Shown piece after piece: positions 61,217 to 64,000 of a DNA stretch of 64,000 nt (the stretch's first letter is position 1; each line of letters opens with the position of its first letter). The DNA lies in assembly GCA_964016885.1 (NCBI GenBank), contig OZ024743.1, forward strand, positions 95,480,001 to 95,544,000, written 5' to 3'. This DNA comes from Eledone cirrhosa (lineage: Eukaryota). The translations under genes were made by a program, and so were the position numbers. The notes below the pieces were generated by a model. The model made no database searches. It was not told where the DNA came from and worked only from the letters and a program-made list of their open reading frames with translations.

Positions 61217-62266
61217 GTATATGTATGTGTGTATGTATATGCATAATTACATACAGTGATTTAATACTTATTTTCATTGATCATTTGCTCCAGGAACTTG
61301 TTGAGTGCTCTAATTCAGCTATATACATTTATACCCTTTTCTAATTATTTATTTATTTATTATTTGTCGTATTCCGAACATTTTTATTTTTATATATATA
61401 TATATTATTTATGTATTTTCTTATATATATATGTGTGTGTGTATGTATGTATGTGTATGTGTATATATATGTGTGTGTATGTATATGTATATATATGTAT
61501 ATATATATATATATATTTAAGAGTTAAACAAGGTTCATATGAATACATCTAAGAATGAGTTTTACACACATGCATATGTGTGTGTATGTATTTGTATGTA
61601 TGTGTTTGTGTATATGTATGTATATATGTATATATATATATATATATATATAAAGAATTAGTATATCTAGTAATATATATATACACAGATGCATACTTAT
61701 GCTAGCAAATATATAGGTTTTGTCTTAGTAACTTTGTGGTTCAATGCATGGGGTTGCAGAACAATAATATGAGAGACGTAAAATAAGAAAATTATAAAAT
61801 TAACTTACTTACTAAAATTTCATCTAAAATGCATCTGTGTATATATATGTTACTAGATATACTAATTTATTATAATTAACTCCAAATTATTTGTCGAGCA
61901 AAAATTAGCCAAAACTGCTGCTATAGTAACAGTCAGGCTGCCGTCTTCTTAACAAACCACTTTCCACTGATTGACCTCGATGTCACGTGATTGATTCTTT
62001 TGAATTTGCCACCGACGCAGTAGGCAGTGATTTTCTCAATGGCTAGGAATTTAGTCCACGCTTTGCTTTTTTCCATTCACTGAATCATTTTTGTATAAGT
62101 TCCCTGTGTCCACGTATTGCCTGGAAACTTAGCTGAGAATAGACTTCCCTGATGACGAAAGGCTTCTCTGTACACTTCTTCGGAAAGTATGTTTATTCCC
62201 TTTCAGAAACTAATTAGTTGGGAGTGAAATTTTAGTAAGTTAATTTTATAATTTTCTTATTTTACG

Positions 62267-62360
<94 letters not shown>

Positions 62361-62683
62361 GTATATATGTATATATGTGTGTGTGTGTATGTATATGTGT
62401 ATGTATGTGTATGTGTATATGTATATGTATATGTATGTGTGTGTGTGTATGTATTTATTTTTACGTATGTATGTGTATGTGCAATTGTGTGTATTGCTTA
62501 CCACGTGTGTTTGTTCATTTATTTGTTGCCTGTACCGCTGTCAATTTTATAATAATTTTTATATTCATTTTTATTCTTATGTGACGGTATTTTTATAATT
62601 ATATTTTTTCTTATAATTATTTGTGTGTGTGCGTATGTAGGTGTGTGTATGTACGTGTGTATATATGTATGATTGTGTGTATG

Positions 62684-62755
<72 letters not shown>

Positions 62756-63147
62756 TGTGTGTGTGTGTGTGTGAGTGCGTGTTTGTGTGTATGTGTATGT
62801 ATGGATATGTTGATATATATGTGTGTATGTATGTATGTGTATATGTATGTGTATGTAGATATATATATACATATATATGTGTGTGTGTGTGTATGTATGT
62901 GTATATATATGTGTATGTGTATATGTGTGTGTATGTAATTGTGTGTGTGTGTGTGTGCATGTGTGTTTATTTTTCCTTTCCTTATTCCTTTTCCAGCCTC
63001 ACTTTCATATAGATTATATTTTTGTTTTTAAAATCCAATGTCAATAAATACACCAGGATTCTTTCATTCTGATGATTGAAAGCAACATTTGTTTGCTTTT
63101 AAGAAACCACTGGTAAATGAAATAATTGCCTTATGTTGTTTATTACA

Positions 63148-63220
<73 letters not shown>
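60337..63220. repeat. Cluster of (TA)n and (TG)n/(TA)n compound microsatellites
   Basis: Pure (TA)n runs at ~60337-60428, 62273-62350, 62689-62752 and 63152-63219, plus mixed tracts. Confidence 0.9.
61656..62276. mobile_element. Element with two interleaved inverted-repeat pairs, embedded in (TA)n
   Basis: A 61656-61694 / A' 61829-61867; B 61767-61822 / B' 62225-62276. Confidence 0.7.
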
Positions 63221-63222
<2 letters not shown>

Positions 63223-63551
63223 CCCGTTCTGTGTGGGTGTGTAAAAGAGTTTCACTTGGAAAATATTCCATCGATCTCTGTCAAATTAAACACATAGCCT
63301 AAATAGGCTACCGTTTGTAACATCAAGAAAAAATTATTTCATAATGATTAATTTCGAAGTCACAAACTTCGATTTTATAATCTTATAGACTTTTGCACTA
63401 AAAAATTCCATGACGGCCATAAAGAGAGAGAGCGTTCCTTTTACACACTTCTTAACTCTCCCCCTTCCACAACACGACGTTATGGGATTGTATGTGTATG
63501 TGCGTGTGTATATGTGTGTGTATGTGTTTGTGTGTATGTGTGCGTGCATGT

Positions 63552-63590
<39 letters not shown>

Positions 63591-64000
63591 TTCCATAACG
63601 GCCAGAGAGAGAAGGATGTGTGAGAGGGAGATAGACAGAGAGGAGTGAGAGAGAGAGAGTAAAATAAAGAAAGAGCGGAGTGTGTGTGACGCGAATATGA
63701 TAAATACAGCGTTTATAATTTTAACTTATTTATTACACTTCTTAACTCTCCCCCTTCCACAACGTCACGTCTTGGGATTGTGTGCGTATGTGTGTGTATG
63801 TTTGTGTGTGTATGTGTTTGTGTGTGTGTGTACATGATGGATGTTTTAAAATACACATTGTTCAACCGACACGGCTAACGATACATTTCTCTATGTTCAC
63901 ATTATAATGACACATATCTGTAAATAAAACTTGCTATTTTTGAATACCCTCTCATTTTTTTTTATTGAAAGAGTTGATCAGGTAAAATTATCCTCCAAGT

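Noticed and set aside
63060-63105. CTGATGA-TT-GAAA-GCAA...TTGC-TT minimal hammerhead
   Set aside because: Stem III forms, but stem I does not pair next to the core and stem II is absent.

Overview
Repeat-saturated eukaryotic DNA with no recognisable host gene. The SINE types and microsatellite density suggest a mollusc, probably a cephalopod (inference). Bases 1-10.9 kb are a head-to-tail, minus-strand stack of four L1/Tx1-clade non-LTR retrotransposon copies (two long divergent copies, one 5'-truncated copy and a ~40-bp 3' stub of a related family), separated by (TATC)n/(TC)n microsatellite. A decayed Penelope-like element, a fold-back element and a TG-rich minisatellite follow. Bases 14.4-48.9 kb are a 38-bp satellite array with kb-scale internal duplications. 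It is interrupted by two non-autonomous Helitrons and by a 122-bp 3' end of the same Tx1 family, inserted with a 10-bp TSD at a rare TATCTATC variant whose empty paralogue is ~2.9 kb away. A second 37/41-bp satellite follows, then microsatellite-rich DNA with tRNA-derived SINEs, RTE and RLE-type LINE remnants and more fold-back elements. The best-supported lead is a (TATC)n-targeting Tx1 family with a conserved ORF1/ORF2 junction signal, a structured 3' UTR and an unassigned ORF1 C-terminal domain.
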